Positions 29,022 through 38,795 of a DNA stretch of 64,000 bases are shown here, in pieces. Origin of the DNA: Nitrospirota bacterium (GTDB taxonomy: Bacteria; Nitrospirota; UBA9217); assembly GCA_963749655.1 (NCBI GenBank), contig CAVVOB010000028.1, positions 192,001 to 256,000 on the forward strand. The letters run 5' to 3'. Position 1 is the first letter of the stretch, and every line of letters starts with the position of its first letter. The position numbers and the translations under genes were made by a program. The notes beneath the pieces are model-generated. The model saw only the letters and a program-made list of their open reading frames with translations, did not search any database and was not told where the DNA came from.

Positions 29022-30092
29022 TTAGAAATGCTCCCGCTTAATGACCAAGCGCCCTTCCCCGATGGTGCCCCCGCCCACGACCGTGTCGCCGCTGTAAAAC
29101 ACCGCTGCCTGGCCCGGACAGACGCCGGGAACGGGCTTGGCAAAGGCTACACGAACCCTGTCCGTTCCACGCTGCTCGATGACGGCAGGCACGAAGGGCG
29201 ACCGGTAACGGATCTTGACAGTAACATTCATTCGTTCGGGCAGTTCATTGGCGGCTCCGAAGCTCAGGTCCGATACGGTCATCTCTGCCGTTTCGAGCTC
29301 GCGCAGTTTCCCCAGCACGACCCTGTTCGTGTCCGGCTCAACCCGTACGACATAAAGCCGCTCGCCTGCGGCCACGCCGAGCTTTCTTCTCTGTCCGACC
29401 GTAAAAAAAGCGATGCCGTCGTGTCTGCCGACGATAGTTCCGTCGGTCATCACCATCTCGCCGGGCCGAAGGATTTCCGGGGCCTGTTCTTTCAGGAAGG
29501 AGCGATAGTCATTGTCCGGAACAAAGCAAATCTCCTGGCTTTCTGGCCGTTCAGCCGTCGGAAGAGCAAGCTTGCGCGCGAGCTCTCGGACAGCGGTCTT
29601 CTGCATTCCCCCGAGGGGAAGCAGGACACGCTCCATCTGCTCCTGTGTCAGACGGTACAAAAAGTAGCTCTGGTCCTTGCCCGCGTCGAGACCTTTCTTT
29701 AAAAGAAAACGGGATGTGGCCTCATCACGGTCTATGCGGGCATAATGGCCGGTAGCGAGAAAGTCAAAACCCTGTGCGCGGGCATAATCCAGGAGCAGAT
29801 GAAACTTGATGAGGTCATTGCAGCGGATGCAGGGATTGGGCGTTCGGCCGCTCCGGTACTCGGCAACGAAGTTGTTGACGATCTGCTGTGAGAACTCAGC
29901 CTGCAGGTCGAGGAGGTGATGAGGGATGGAGAGATGATGACAGACAGCCTGCGCAGAGCCGATGTCGCAGCAGACACCCGCCGTTAGCTTCATGGTAATG
30001 CCTTCGACATCATACCCCTGTTGACGGAGCAGTGCGGCAGTGACGGAGCTGTCCACCCCGCCGCTCATGGCTGCGAGAACGCGTTTAGTCAT
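29022..30092 (-). CDS. mnmA: tRNA 2-thiouridine(34) synthase
   Basis: AMSGGVDSS, TPNPC..CN, ATGHYA, KDQSYFL, ESQEICF, PGQAAVFY. Confidence 0.96.
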   Translation of the reverse strand: MTKRVLAAMSGGVDSSVTAALLRQQGYDVEGITMKLTAGVCCDIGSAQAVCHHLSIPHHLLDLQAEFSQQIVNNFVAEYRSGRTPNPCIRCNDLIKFHLLLDYARAQGFDFLATGHYARIDRDEATSRFLLKKGLDAGKDQSYFLYRLTQEQMERVLLPLGGMQKTAVRELARKLALPTAERPESQEICFVPDNDYRSFLKEQAPEILRPGEMVMTDGTIVGRHDGIAFFTVGQRRKLGVAAGERLYVVRVEPDTNRVVLGKLRELETAEMTVSDLSFGAANELPERMNVTVKIRYRSPFVPAVIEQRGTDRVRVAFAKPVPGVCPGQAAVFYSGDTVVGGGTIGEGRLVIKREHF

Positions 30093-30137
30093 ATGGAAGT
30101 CGCTGCGCGGCGAGGCGAATAATCCTCAAGAAAATAG

Positions 30138-30312
30138 TCAACCACGAATTTTCACGAATTGACACGAATTATGAAAAATAGATTCTTCGGATTCCCTGGT
30201 CGTTTTTTTATGAATGTGCTGCACCTTGGGATAATCTGAATTTTTGAGAAGCCGTCTCCGTTTTTCAGTCGAATCGGCCTTATTCGTGAAATTCGTGTCG
30301 ATTCGTGGCTGA
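30138..30312. repeat. Second CACGAA-type inverted-repeat element
   Basis: tcaaccacgaattttcacgaattgacacgaat ... attcgtgaaattcgtgtcgattcgtggctga; spacer differs from the 11042 copy. Confidence 0.85.
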
Positions 30313-30315
30313 TTC

Positions 30316-31032
30316 TCAAGTCTTTTTCCACTTCAACACAAGCAGCGCGATCGCGCCGATCATGAAAAAGATACTGCCCGCGAGCGCCCAGAGCGCACCA
30401 GGGTCCTTGTTCACCAGGATGAGTGCTGCAGTTCCCTGCTCGAAGCTCAGGCTCTTGAGATAAATGCCGACGCCGTGGTAGAAGAGGGGCCGGTTCGGGC
30501 CCAACGTTCCGCTCTTTACCATCTTGTCGTTCTCATACAGCGAGACCTCCGCGGACCAGTCCCGCATATATCCCGAGGGATCGGTTTTTGCATCGAGGGA
30601 ACGCAAGGAAAGGGTACGGCCCTCCGGCAGGCGCGCAAAGGCGCCCTCGTTCATCATGCCGGACAGCTTGTAGCCCCAGCCGGCACCCAAGAGGTGCGCG
30701 AGCAGGATGAAAAGAAATCCAATATGGATCACCTGCGGCGAAAGGCGACGTAGAACATCGGCACGAGACCATTTCCCGCGTATGGCCAGGATGCTGCAAA
30801 CGATAGTATTGATGGTGAGCAGAACGAGGCCTGCAAGGACCGCGAAGAACCACCACGTCTGCCAGAGGTTCTGCGCTGCCAGGTCCTCGATCCACTGAAA
30901 AAGAAGGACGTCGTTCATTGGCGCGAAGACGGCGCGGTGCACCGGCATCATATAGGAGCCGATGAAGAAGAGGCAGACCAGTCCGAACAGAGTCCAGACC
31001 GTCGTCTTGAGAGAGAGGAAGAAGTTCTTCAT
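30316..31032 (-). CDS. Cytochrome c biogenesis protein ResB/CcsB-like (short form)
   Basis: 'FF.SLK', 'WWF..L..L...NT..CS', 'IH.GF..IL..H', 'N.PL...G..IY', 'DPG'. Confidence 0.8.
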   Translation of the reverse strand: MKNFFLSLKTTVWTLFGLVCLFFIGSYMMPVHRAVFAPMNDVLLFQWIEDLAAQNLWQTWWFFAVLAGLVLLTINTIVCSILAIRGKWSRADVLRRLSPQVIHIGFLFILLAHLLGAGWGYKLSGMMNEGAFARLPEGRTLSLRSLDAKTDPSGYMRDWSAEVSLYENDKMVKSGTLGPNRPLFYHGVGIYLKSLSFEQGTAALILVNKDPGALWALAGSIFFMIGAIALLVLKWKKT

Positions 31033-31040
31033 GGCAATCT

Positions 31041-31110
31041 GCAGAGCGCATGGCGCAGAGCGCATGGCGCGGGCTGTATGAAGTGCAACGCTATGCTCTC
31101 TGCCCTATGC
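31041..31110. repeat. Heptamer-period inverted-repeat element (GCAGAGC/GCATGGC ... GCTATGC/TCTCTGC)
   Basis: gcagagcgcatggcgcagagcgcatggcgc ... cgctatgctctctgccctatgc. Confidence 0.75.
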
Positions 31111-31123
31111 ATTCTGATTCCTT

Positions 31124-31837
31124 TCAGAACTCATGCGAACTCTTCATCAGAAGCCCGACGCCCGCATACGTGAACAGGACGATCACGAATCCGATAATCC
31201 CCATCCAGATCACTTTCGGCCCGGCCCATCCCCGCACGAGCCGGGCATGCAGATAGAGGCTGTAGAAGAACCACACGATAGTGGTCCAGAGCTCTTTCGG
31301 AGTCCAGAGCCAGTAGGTTCCCCAGGCAAGATTGGCCCAGATCCCGCCGAAGATCATGGCGACGGAGAACAGTACATAGCCCAGGAGAAGGCTTCGGTAC
31401 TGGTTGATTTCTGCGCGCTCTTCATCAGCCCTCAAAGCGAGGATTCCAAAAATTGCGCCGGCCGCAAAGAACGCGTAGGAAAGAAACGAAAGGACGACGT
31501 GAAGCTCGAACCAGATGGTATTGAGCACCGGAGGGAGCGGACCGGGCATGGCTGCCGGCGAAAAAGCGCTTCCGAGCAGAAAAAGAAGGATCAGCGGAAC
31601 ACTGAGATAGGTGAAGAGATCGCGCGCGCGCTTCCATCCCGTGATGATACAGACTGCTCCGACGGCGAGGGCAAGAAAGCCCATCGTTTCCCGCATGCCG
31701 AACAGCGGGATCCTTCCATATCGGAGAGCGGTCTGGGTCACGAGCAGGATGTGAAAGCCGACCGCGGGCAGCATAAAGCGCGGACCGAAGAACGCGAAGC
31801 AATAGAGGATGAAAAGAATAATGTCGATGTACGTCAT
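31124..31837 (-). CDS. ccsA: Cytochrome c biogenesis protein CcsA/ResC
   Basis: WWD motif GGIWA..AWGTYWLWTPKE, 'W...HV', 'YLH', C-terminal H. Confidence 0.88.
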   Translation of the reverse strand: MTYIDIILFILYCFAFFGPRFMLPAVGFHILLVTQTALRYGRIPLFGMRETMGFLALAVGAVCIITGWKRARDLFTYLSVPLILLFLLGSAFSPAAMPGPLPPVLNTIWFELHVVLSFLSYAFFAAGAIFGILALRADEERAEINQYRSLLLGYVLFSVAMIFGGIWANLAWGTYWLWTPKELWTTIVWFFYSLYLHARLVRGWAGPKVIWMGIIGFVIVLFTYAGVGLLMKSSHEF

Positions 31838-31863
31838 TGGACAAGCGACCGGTGCGAAGACAC

Positions 31864-31896
31864 AAAAGGCATTCCGGACGACCGGAATGCCTTTTT
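31864..31896. terminator. Intrinsic terminator downstream of the HU gene
   Basis: aaaaggcattccgg-acga-ccggaatgcctttt. Confidence 0.8.
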
Positions 31897-31925
31897 ATTT
31901 TTATAATGGAAGCAGCGCTGCAAAA

Positions 31926-32213
31926 TTACTTCTTGCCGAGGATCGCCTCTTTGGCGGCCTTTGCCACGCGGAACTTCACGACTTTCTTGGCGGGAATCTT
32001 GATGGCCTCGCCGGTCTGGGGGTTCCGGCCCATGCGGGCCTTGCGCTGCACGAGCACGAGCTTGCCGAGACCGGGAAGCGTAAAGGCATTCTTGGCTTCC
32101 TTGTATGCGAGAGCCGCGATGTCCTCGAGGATCTGGAGCGCCAGTTTCTTCTTGATGTCTGCCTTCTTCGCGATGTGGTCTGCAATCTGGGACTTCGTCA
32201 TGGCTTTTGCCAT
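31926..32213 (-). CDS. hup: HU family DNA-binding protein
   Basis: RKARMGRNPQTGEAIKIPAK; AAGGAGG RBS. Confidence 0.93.
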   Translation of the reverse strand: MAKAMTKSQIADHIAKKADIKKKLALQILEDIAALAYKEAKNAFTLPGLGKLVLVQRKARMGRNPQTGEAIKIPAKKVVKFRVAKAAKEAILGKK

Positions 32214-32652
32214 ACATATACCTCCTTAAGATTAGAAAATGAGAAAATTTCTAACTGCACAGGGCAGATAGTCGCGTGATTCGAGGAAGAGTATACACAC
32301 GCCATTTTAAAATAGCAAGTGAAATTTATCATTTTTACCGGGGTATTTTTGGGGTACCCTCTGTTCATACAGGCTGGACGCGATGAAAGTGTCCTCGCGA
32401 TACGTTCGCCTCCGCGGCGCCGCCGGCTTCCGCGTTTTCGCTGAAAGGGAAGCGTGTCTCGCCTTTGCGCGCGTTCAGTTTCTCGCATGACGGTTGAGCG
32501 CAGTGCGTCACCGTGCAGAAATCAGTGGAAGACGAGCGCTCCTCGTCTGCTGACGCATCACGGTGCCCGTTTTCGGGTTGACTTGACCGCCGGATTTATG
32601 ATAATTTATGCGTGCTGGTTACCGGCAACTACTCTCTTCAGGAGGCATGATC

Positions 32653-32778
32653 ATGGCTACAAAGACAAACTTCATACTGAAAGTCCAGGACGCAAAGCTC
32701 GCAGACGTCCAGAAGGCGCTCAAAGACGCCAACATCAGCGTCGTAAGCATCATGGAGATCCACAAGGAAGAAGCATAG
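32653..32778 (+). CDS. Unannotated 41-aa microprotein MATKTNFILKVQDAKLADVQKALKDANISVVSIMEIHKEEA
   Basis: GGAGG RBS 7 nt upstream, host-like codon usage, promoter-like sequence at ~32578-32606. Confidence 0.65.
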   Translation: MATKTNFILKVQDAKLADVQKALKDANISVVSIMEIHKEEA

Positions 32779-32911
32779 ACCGGCGCGGGAAGTATTTGCC
32801 GGCACACCACTTCGCAGACGAGCGGAGGACTGAAGGGCGGCATTCCGTCGCAGCCTTATCGCAATTATCTGCTATACTCTATATTAGATCAGGCAACGGC
32901 ATTCAGAGTTC

Positions 32912-33175
32912 ATGAAAATAACTTTAACGGATCTCGAACAGATAGCACAGGCCCTCTCGATCAGGGTGTCCTACGATGACCTCAAGACGTCGCGGGGCGG
33001 ATCATGTCGCGTCATGGAAGCCCGGCGGATCATCATCAACAAGCACCTTCTGAACAGCGAGAAGATCAACCTTCTGGCCAGGGAGCTTGGCAATTTCAAC
33101 CTCGAAGGGCTTAACATCCCGGACAGGGTCAAAAAAAAGATCGAGGAAGAATCGGTATCTCGGGCCGAAACGTAG
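32912..33175 (+). CDS. Hypothetical protein, IrrE/ImmA-like fold with degenerate HExxH
   Basis: 'I.V.Y....GG.C.....IIIN.......LARELGN'. Confidence 0.65.
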   Translation: MKITLTDLEQIAQALSIRVSYDDLKTSRGGSCRVMEARRIIINKHLLNSEKINLLARELGNFNLEGLNIPDRVKKKIEEESVSRAET

Positions 33176-33241
33176 GATCGACAGGGCGGCCGCCGAGAAC
33201 GTGCTCGTGTTTCGTTGCCGGTCCGGGGAAGGTTGCCGCAC

Positions 33242-33748
33242 ATGAAAAAACTCGCGATCCTGTACTGTATTGCTCTTCTTTTCCAGGGATGCACCTACGC
33301 AATATCCCGGGACATCGCCGCCCAGGCGGACAATACCATTTCCTTTAAAATGCTGCAGGACAACCCCGAGGCCTTCGCAGGCAAGCTCCTCGTACTCGGG
33401 GGAACGATCGACCAGACCCTCCAGACGAAACAAGGCACCCTGATAGAGATCATCCAGAAGCCCCTCGACTACTGGGGCAAGCCTAAGCGGACCGACCGCA
33501 GCGGCGGCCGTTTTCTTTTGCTGTCGTCCCGTCGCCTCGATGCCCTGGTGTACGCGCCCGGCCGGCAGATCACCGTTGCCGCAGAAGTGGAGGGCACGCG
33601 AAGCAGCGCTCCGAACGAAACGGATTTCAGCTATCCGATGCTTCACGTACGGGAGCTGAAACTCTGGGAGGCTGAACGGCGGGCCTCGGACGCTCCGCAG
33701 TGGACCGATCCGCTCTATGATCCCAATACCAGCCGGCACGACTGGTAG
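33242..33748 (+). CDS. Slp family outer-membrane lipoprotein
   Basis: Lipobox FQGC, 'LGG.I', 'GRFL', 'LD..VY..GR.ITV', 'YP'. Confidence 0.85.
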   Translation: MKKLAILYCIALLFQGCTYAISRDIAAQADNTISFKMLQDNPEAFAGKLLVLGGTIDQTLQTKQGTLIEIIQKPLDYWGKPKRTDRSGGRFLLLSSRRLDALVYAPGRQITVAAEVEGTRSSAPNETDFSYPMLHVRELKLWEAERRASDAPQWTDPLYDPNTSRHDW

Positions 33749-33777
33749 CGCGACCCCGGACGTCACGGGAGGCATCC

Positions 33778-34290
33778 ATGAGCAGCACCGGACAGGTTAA
33801 ACGAATCATCGCTCTCCTTCCTCTTCTCACTGTTGTTGTACTCTGGCTTGCTGGCTGTGCGCCGTCGTTCCCGAGGGAATTGCTCGATCGGGTCGACCGG
33901 CGCGTGACGTTCAGCGAGCTCTTGCGCGACCCCGACCACTTCAAAGGAGCTCTTCTCATGCTCGGAGGCTTGATCGTCGCCTCCCGAAATGCACAGGACG
34001 GCACGGACCTCGAAATGCTCCAGGGGCCCCTGGACAGCGACGGCGCTCCCCGCGATCTTGACCGATCGGAAGGACGCTTCCTGGTCCACAGCGATAAGTT
34101 TCTGGACCCGGCGGTCTTTCACCCCGGTCGCCTGATCACGGTCATCGGAGAAGTGGCCGGCCATCGGACGATGCCCTTCGGCGAAATCACGTATCAATAC
34201 CCGGTCCTCGACGCAAAGTCCCTGCAGCTCTGGAAGCCTGATGCCGGACCGCGGTTCTTTTTCGGCATCGGCGTAACACACTCGATATAG
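33778..34290 (+). CDS. Slp family outer-membrane lipoprotein (paralog)
   Basis: Lipobox LAGC, 'GRFL....FLDPAVF..GR.ITV.G', 'YQYP', C-terminal FGIG. Confidence 0.88.
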   Translation: MSSTGQVKRIIALLPLLTVVVLWLAGCAPSFPRELLDRVDRRVTFSELLRDPDHFKGALLMLGGLIVASRNAQDGTDLEMLQGPLDSDGAPRDLDRSEGRFLVHSDKFLDPAVFHPGRLITVIGEVAGHRTMPFGEITYQYPVLDAKSLQLWKPDAGPRFFFGIGVTHSI

Positions 34291-34365
34291 CGCGGTCTGC
34301 GACAATACAGCTCCTCCCGGCGTCCGAGTGCTGATGCCCGGGCGGCTTGCTGAAAGGATACATAC

Positions 34366-36189
34366 ATGATGACAAAACGGTCCCAAGTGGTGTTCTTCCT
34401 TGTCATGGTTTTGCTTCTCATCAGCCTCTTCCGGTTTTTTTCCGAACCGCCGTCCGAAAATATCCCTTACAGCCGCTTCAAAACGCTCGTGGCCGAAAAA
34501 AAAGTCAAGGATATCGTCATCACGCGTGACTATATCCGCGGCCTGCTCGTACCGGAAAAAACCGGTGAAAAGGAAAAATCTTTTTCCGTTGTTCGCGTCG
34601 AAGACAACGATCTCGTCAAGAACCTCGAGGCCGGCGGCGTTTCGTACCGCGGCGAAATTTCCGATAACTGGATCCGGGACTTTCTCCTGACCTGGATCCT
34701 TCCCCTCGTGGTCCTCATGGTGATCTGGAGCTTTGTCTTCCGCCGCATGGGCGGCGGCAATCCCGGAGAGACGTTCATGAGCTTCGGCAAGTCTCGCGCG
34801 AAGATCTACGGCGAGAGCGAAGTGAAGGTCACCTTCAACGATGTGGCCGGCGTGGACGAAGCTAAAGAAGAGCTCATGGAGATCATCGAGTTTCTCCGCC
34901 ATCCTGACAAGTTCACCAAGCTGGGCGGCCGCATTCCCAAGGGAGTCCTGCTTGTCGGCCCTCCGGGAACAGGTAAAACGCTCCTGTCGAAGGCCGTCGC
35001 CGGCGAAGCAAAGGTCCCCTTCTTTTCCATGTCGGGGTCCGAGTTTGTGGAAATGTTCGTCGGCGTCGGAGCATCGCGCGTCCGCGACCTGTTCCAGCAG
35101 GCGGTCCAGAAGGCGCCGTGCATCATCTTCATCGATGAGCTCGATGCTCTCGGCCGGGCGCGCGGCGTGGGCATCGCAGGCGCTCACGAAGAGCGGGAGC
35201 AGACCCTGAACCAGCTCCTTGCGGAGATGGACGGCTTTGACGCCCGCAAGGGCGTGATCATCATGGCCGCAACCAACCGCCCCGAGATCCTCGACCCCGC
35301 ACTGCTCCGGCCCGGCCGCTTCGACCGGCACGTACTGGTGGACAGGCCCAACATCAAGGACCGCGAGGACATCCTGAGGATCCACATCCGGGGCGTGAAG
35401 CTCTCAAAGGACGTGGACATTTCGGTACTTGCGGCGCGGACACCCGGCTTTGTCGGCGCCGACCTGGCGAACATCGTAAATGAGGCCGCGCTCCTGGCCG
35501 CACGCAAGAACAAAACGGAAGTGGACATGACGGACTTCGAGGCTGCCATCGACCGTATCGTCGCCGGCCTGGAAAAGAAGCGACGGGTCATGAACAAAAA
35601 GGAAAAGGAGACCGTCGCCTACCACGAATGCGGACACACCATCGTCGCGGAGCTGCTGCCGTCAACGGACCCGGTGCATCGCGTGTCCATCGTACAGCGC
35701 GGCATCGCGGCGCTCGGATACACGCTCCAGCTCCCGATCGAGGACCGCTATCTCATGACGAAGACCGAGCTGCAGGACAAACTCTGTGTCATGCTCGGCG
35801 GCCGCGTGGCAGAGGAGCTCATCTTCAAGGAATCCTCGACAGGCGCCCAAAACGACCTTCAGCGCGCAGCGGATATCGCGCGCAGCATGGTCACGGAATA
35901 CGGCATGACCGAAAAGTTCGGCCCCCTCACCTTTGCCAAGGATCGGCGCCCCCTTTTCCTCGATATCGGCATGCCGTCGGGCGCAAAGGAGTACAGCGAG
36001 GACACGGCTCGTGAGATCGACCAGGAGGTAAGACGGATCGTCGATGATGCGTACCGAAAGGTGCAGGGCCTCCTGTCTGCGAACGAGGACAAGCTGAAGC
36101 TGCTTGCCGGGGCGCTCCTGGAGAAGGAAACCATCGAGGGCGGGGAGATCCGACGAATCCTCGGATTGCCGGAGAAAAGGGGGGAATAA
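34366..36189 (+). CDS. ftsH: ATP-dependent zinc metalloprotease FtsH
   Basis: 2 TM segments, [44 protein letters not shown]. Confidence 0.96.
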   Translation: MMTKRSQVVFFLVMVLLLISLFRFFSEPPSENIPYSRFKTLVAEKKVKDIVITRDYIRGLLVPEKTGEKEKSFSVVRVEDNDLVKNLEAGGVSYRGEISDNWIRDFLLTWILPLVVLMVIWSFVFRRMGGGNPGETFMSFGKSRAKIYGESEVKVTFNDVAGVDEAKEELMEIIEFLRHPDKFTKLGGRIPKGVLLVGPPGTGKTLLSKAVAGEAKVPFFSMSGSEFVEMFVGVGASRVRDLFQQAVQKAPCIIFIDELDALGRARGVGIAGAHEEREQTLNQLLAEMDGFDARKGVIIMAATNRPEILDPALLRPGRFDRHVLVDRPNIKDREDILRIHIRGVKLSKDVDISVLAARTPGFVGADLANIVNEAALLAARKNKTEVDMTDFEAAIDRIVAGLEKKRRVMNKKEKETVAYHECGHTIVAELLPSTDPVHRVSIVQRGIAALGYTLQLPIEDRYLMTKTELQDKLCVMLGGRVAEELIFKESSTGAQNDLQRAADIARSMVTEYGMTEKFGPLTFAKDRRPLFLDIGMPSGAKEYSEDTAREIDQEVRRIVDDAYRKVQGLLSANEDKLKLLAGALLEKETIEGGEIRRILGLPEKRGE

Positions 36190-36232
36190 GGAAAGACGTC
36201 AGAAACGGGAAGGTACCAGGATTGCGGGCGGC

Positions 36233-37618
36233 CTACAGGGAGAGGCGTGCATATTCCTCCTGACCGCGCACCATTTCCTTCAGCTGCAGAATCCGCTCGC
36301 GAATCTTGACGAGCTTGCTGAAACCCAGCTCGCCGACATAGGGAGTCAGCGCGATCGTGATCATCCGCGGCGTCAGTCTTTCCCGGGGGATCTTCTTGAG
36401 CACTTCCGAGACGATCTCCTTGACCCGCCTGTCGCTCAGCACATCGCCTTGCGCTGATGCGTCTGCCGCTCGCGGGGCTATCGCGGCCTCGAGCTGCTGA
36501 TACAGCGTCGTCTTGTACTGCCCGTCGATCATGCCCGTATATTCGAAATAGTCGAGCGCTTTTCGGATCTCCCGGGCCGGCGTCCCGTTCTGTCTGATGT
36601 AGTCGATAATCGCACCGGTGTCCCTCTTGAATACAGCCTCGTACGGCAGGATCCCCTTGTCCAGCACCTGCCGCCTGTCGATCACGTGCCCCACCTCGTC
36701 CGCCATGAGCCCAAGGTCTTCTTCCGTCCTGTACTTCAGCTCATCGGGATATTTTACCAGGCTGATGAGATCATCGTGAAACTCCTTCATTGCATAGGGC
36801 GTTCCGTCCCGCTTCTCCCTCCGGAACTTCTTTACCATTCTCGCGAATGCCGCCGGATCGTCATCACTTCTGTTAACCAGGAAAGTAAACTCAAGCCGGC
36901 TCAGCTCCTCGATCGGTCGGAACTTCTCGCGCCCGGTCAGGATGACCTCCACCCCGCTTCGTGCGTGGCGATACCGCATTCCCGGGAAGTCCTCTGCATC
37001 GATCCAGTTATCAGGGTTGTCGACCAGGCCGGGAATAAAGCCTAGCCTGACGAGAGCATCGATGTTCTGCTGGCCCCGAACCATGACGGTCTGGCTGCTT
37101 GTTGCCTTTTCAATGATTTCCAGAACAGTATCGAGCCTGCTCTCGCGTGACATCCGTGCTTCCTCTGCCGCCCTTTCCGCCGCCAATTTTCGTTCTTCCT
37201 GCCGATATTCATTCGCTACGTGCGTGTAGGCTTCCCGGATCACGAGGACTTCGGACACCAGTCTGCTGAGCGGCATTTCAACGGAGTTGACGAGATCGTC
37301 CATTGAGGGCAGATGCGGCGTGATGACGATCAGGGTGTCGCCTAGTTTTCCTTTTGTCTTGACGACCCTGAATAAGGACCCGTCCCTGAACTTCAGGATG
37401 TTTTTTTTCACTTTTCCGACGGCTTCATAGGAGACCGGTCCGTTCCTCCTGCCCAGGTCCCCGCCGGTCAATTCAAAAAGCACCTGGGAAAACTCTTCCG
37501 GCGTGCCTTGAATCGATCCTCCGACCGCGGCCCGATCCTTCAAAAGTTGCGCAAGCGGGTTCTGCGTGTGACCTCCGAAGAGTTTTGTCCGCATTCTTTC
37601 GAACATGTCCGAGCTCAT
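36233..37618 (-). CDS. Hypothetical protein (461 aa)
   Basis: Long ORF with AAGGA RBS and host-like codon usage; no family recognised. Confidence 0.7.
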   Translation of the reverse strand: MSSDMFERMRTKLFGGHTQNPLAQLLKDRAAVGGSIQGTPEEFSQVLFELTGGDLGRRNGPVSYEAVGKVKKNILKFRDGSLFRVVKTKGKLGDTLIVITPHLPSMDDLVNSVEMPLSRLVSEVLVIREAYTHVANEYRQEERKLAAERAAEEARMSRESRLDTVLEIIEKATSSQTVMVRGQQNIDALVRLGFIPGLVDNPDNWIDAEDFPGMRYRHARSGVEVILTGREKFRPIEELSRLEFTFLVNRSDDDPAAFARMVKKFRREKRDGTPYAMKEFHDDLISLVKYPDELKYRTEEDLGLMADEVGHVIDRRQVLDKGILPYEAVFKRDTGAIIDYIRQNGTPAREIRKALDYFEYTGMIDGQYKTTLYQQLEAAIAPRAADASAQGDVLSDRRVKEIVSEVLKKIPRERLTPRMITIALTPYVGELGFSKLVKIRERILQLKEMVRGQEEYARLSL

Positions 37619-37847
37619 ACTTGTTCCTTTTTACGGTGATTTTCGACAGGAAGCGCTCCGTCAGGATGTGTGACGTTCCAATGCAGCGGAGTATATCATC
37701 GGGGAATTTAGCAGAGAAGAAGTGAAAAGTCAAAAGAGAACAGGCCGGCAGCTCCCCGGGTTTTGAAATCAGGCAGCATGACGATCGGGGAGACTTATTC
37801 ATCCGGCTGTCCCAAAGACTTCAAATGGTCGTATCGCGAAGAGGGCT

Positions 37848-38147
37848 TTACCCTTTGTTCTTGTAAATGAATCCGAGCCATATCCGGTACGGACCGGGTG
37901 TACCCCACGGCACAAAGGCCACGCGGTCTCCGGGCTTGATCGAATAGCTCAAAGACTGGGTGACGCCGTTTACGATGATGACCTCGATTTCTTCCCGGGG
38001 AATTTCCAGTTTTTTCGCCAGATCGGTTCCGGTGGTCGATTGCTTGAGGTCCAGGCGCAGGGGGTCCGGCCACTTTTTTTTTCTGGCAATGCTGGCTAAA
38101 CGACCGAAGGCCCGTACTTCGATGGTTTTTTGGTTTTGTCCCGTCAT
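37848..38147 (-). CDS. MoaD/ThiS-like beta-grasp protein lacking C-terminal GG
   Basis: 'IEVRAFG.L', 'L...L.IP...IE...VNG.......I..GDRVA..P'; GGAGG RBS. Confidence 0.75.
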   Translation of the reverse strand: MTGQNQKTIEVRAFGRLASIARKKKWPDPLRLDLKQSTTGTDLAKKLEIPREEIEVIIVNGVTQSLSYSIKPGDRVAFVPWGTPGPYRIWLGFIYKNKG

Positions 38148-38438
38148 TGGTGAGGCCTCCTTCCTCAAAGTGTCTACCGTTCTAGTATAGCAGACACCCG
38201 GAGGACGGCGGGAGAACCCGCACACGTTCGAGTTCATCTAGTTACCGGCGGTTAAAAAGTTTCCGCATAGTTACATCCCCGGCTTTAAATTAAACCCCGG
38301 TTGGACGCAGCGCAATGATCTTAATCCCAACGGATGATTGGCGCAGTGTTTGAGGCGCGGTTTTTTTTCAGCGTCCGTCAGCCTGATGATTGCACAAGCG
38401 GCGTCTTTTTGATACAATCGGGTATCGAGGGGGTGCGC

Positions 38439-38765
38439 ATGAAGAAGCTGCTTAATGCCGGAGTCGTGGTCGTGATCGCACTTATTGCACTTGTGGCTCA
38501 CGCAGAAGAGTCAACCATGATAACTACGGACGACCTGGAACGGAAATACCCGTCCGCAGGCGAGGCTGAAAACAGGGCACAGACACGGCAGAACGAAAGA
38601 ATGAGGCTCGAAAATGAATGCCCGGCGCTCAAGGAGAGCGTAGATGCCGCCCGCACGGCAGCGTACGACGATACGGACCCGCGACCTTATGCCGACAGAG
38701 CCCAGCAATATTACCGGTTGAAGTCGGCATATTCGAGCAAGTGCGGAGGAACCACGCTCTTCTGA
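38439..38765 (+). CDS. Hypothetical secreted protein
   Basis: Signal peptide ending AHA, two Cys, GAGG RBS. Confidence 0.65.
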   Translation: MKKLLNAGVVVVIALIALVAHAEESTMITTDDLERKYPSAGEAENRAQTRQNERMRLENECPALKESVDAARTAAYDDTDPRPYADRAQQYYRLKSAYSSKCGGTTLF

Positions 38766-38795
38766 CCACGTTTTAATTTTGCCGGGTCGTCTTCT

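Noticed and set aside
33763-35385. Long antisense ORFs (540 aa here; also 11445..12866, 14549..15808, 18358..19863, 40163..41473, 52623..53900, 57496..58803)
   Set aside because: Shadow ORFs opposite well-supported genes, expected from high-GC codon bias; no motifs.
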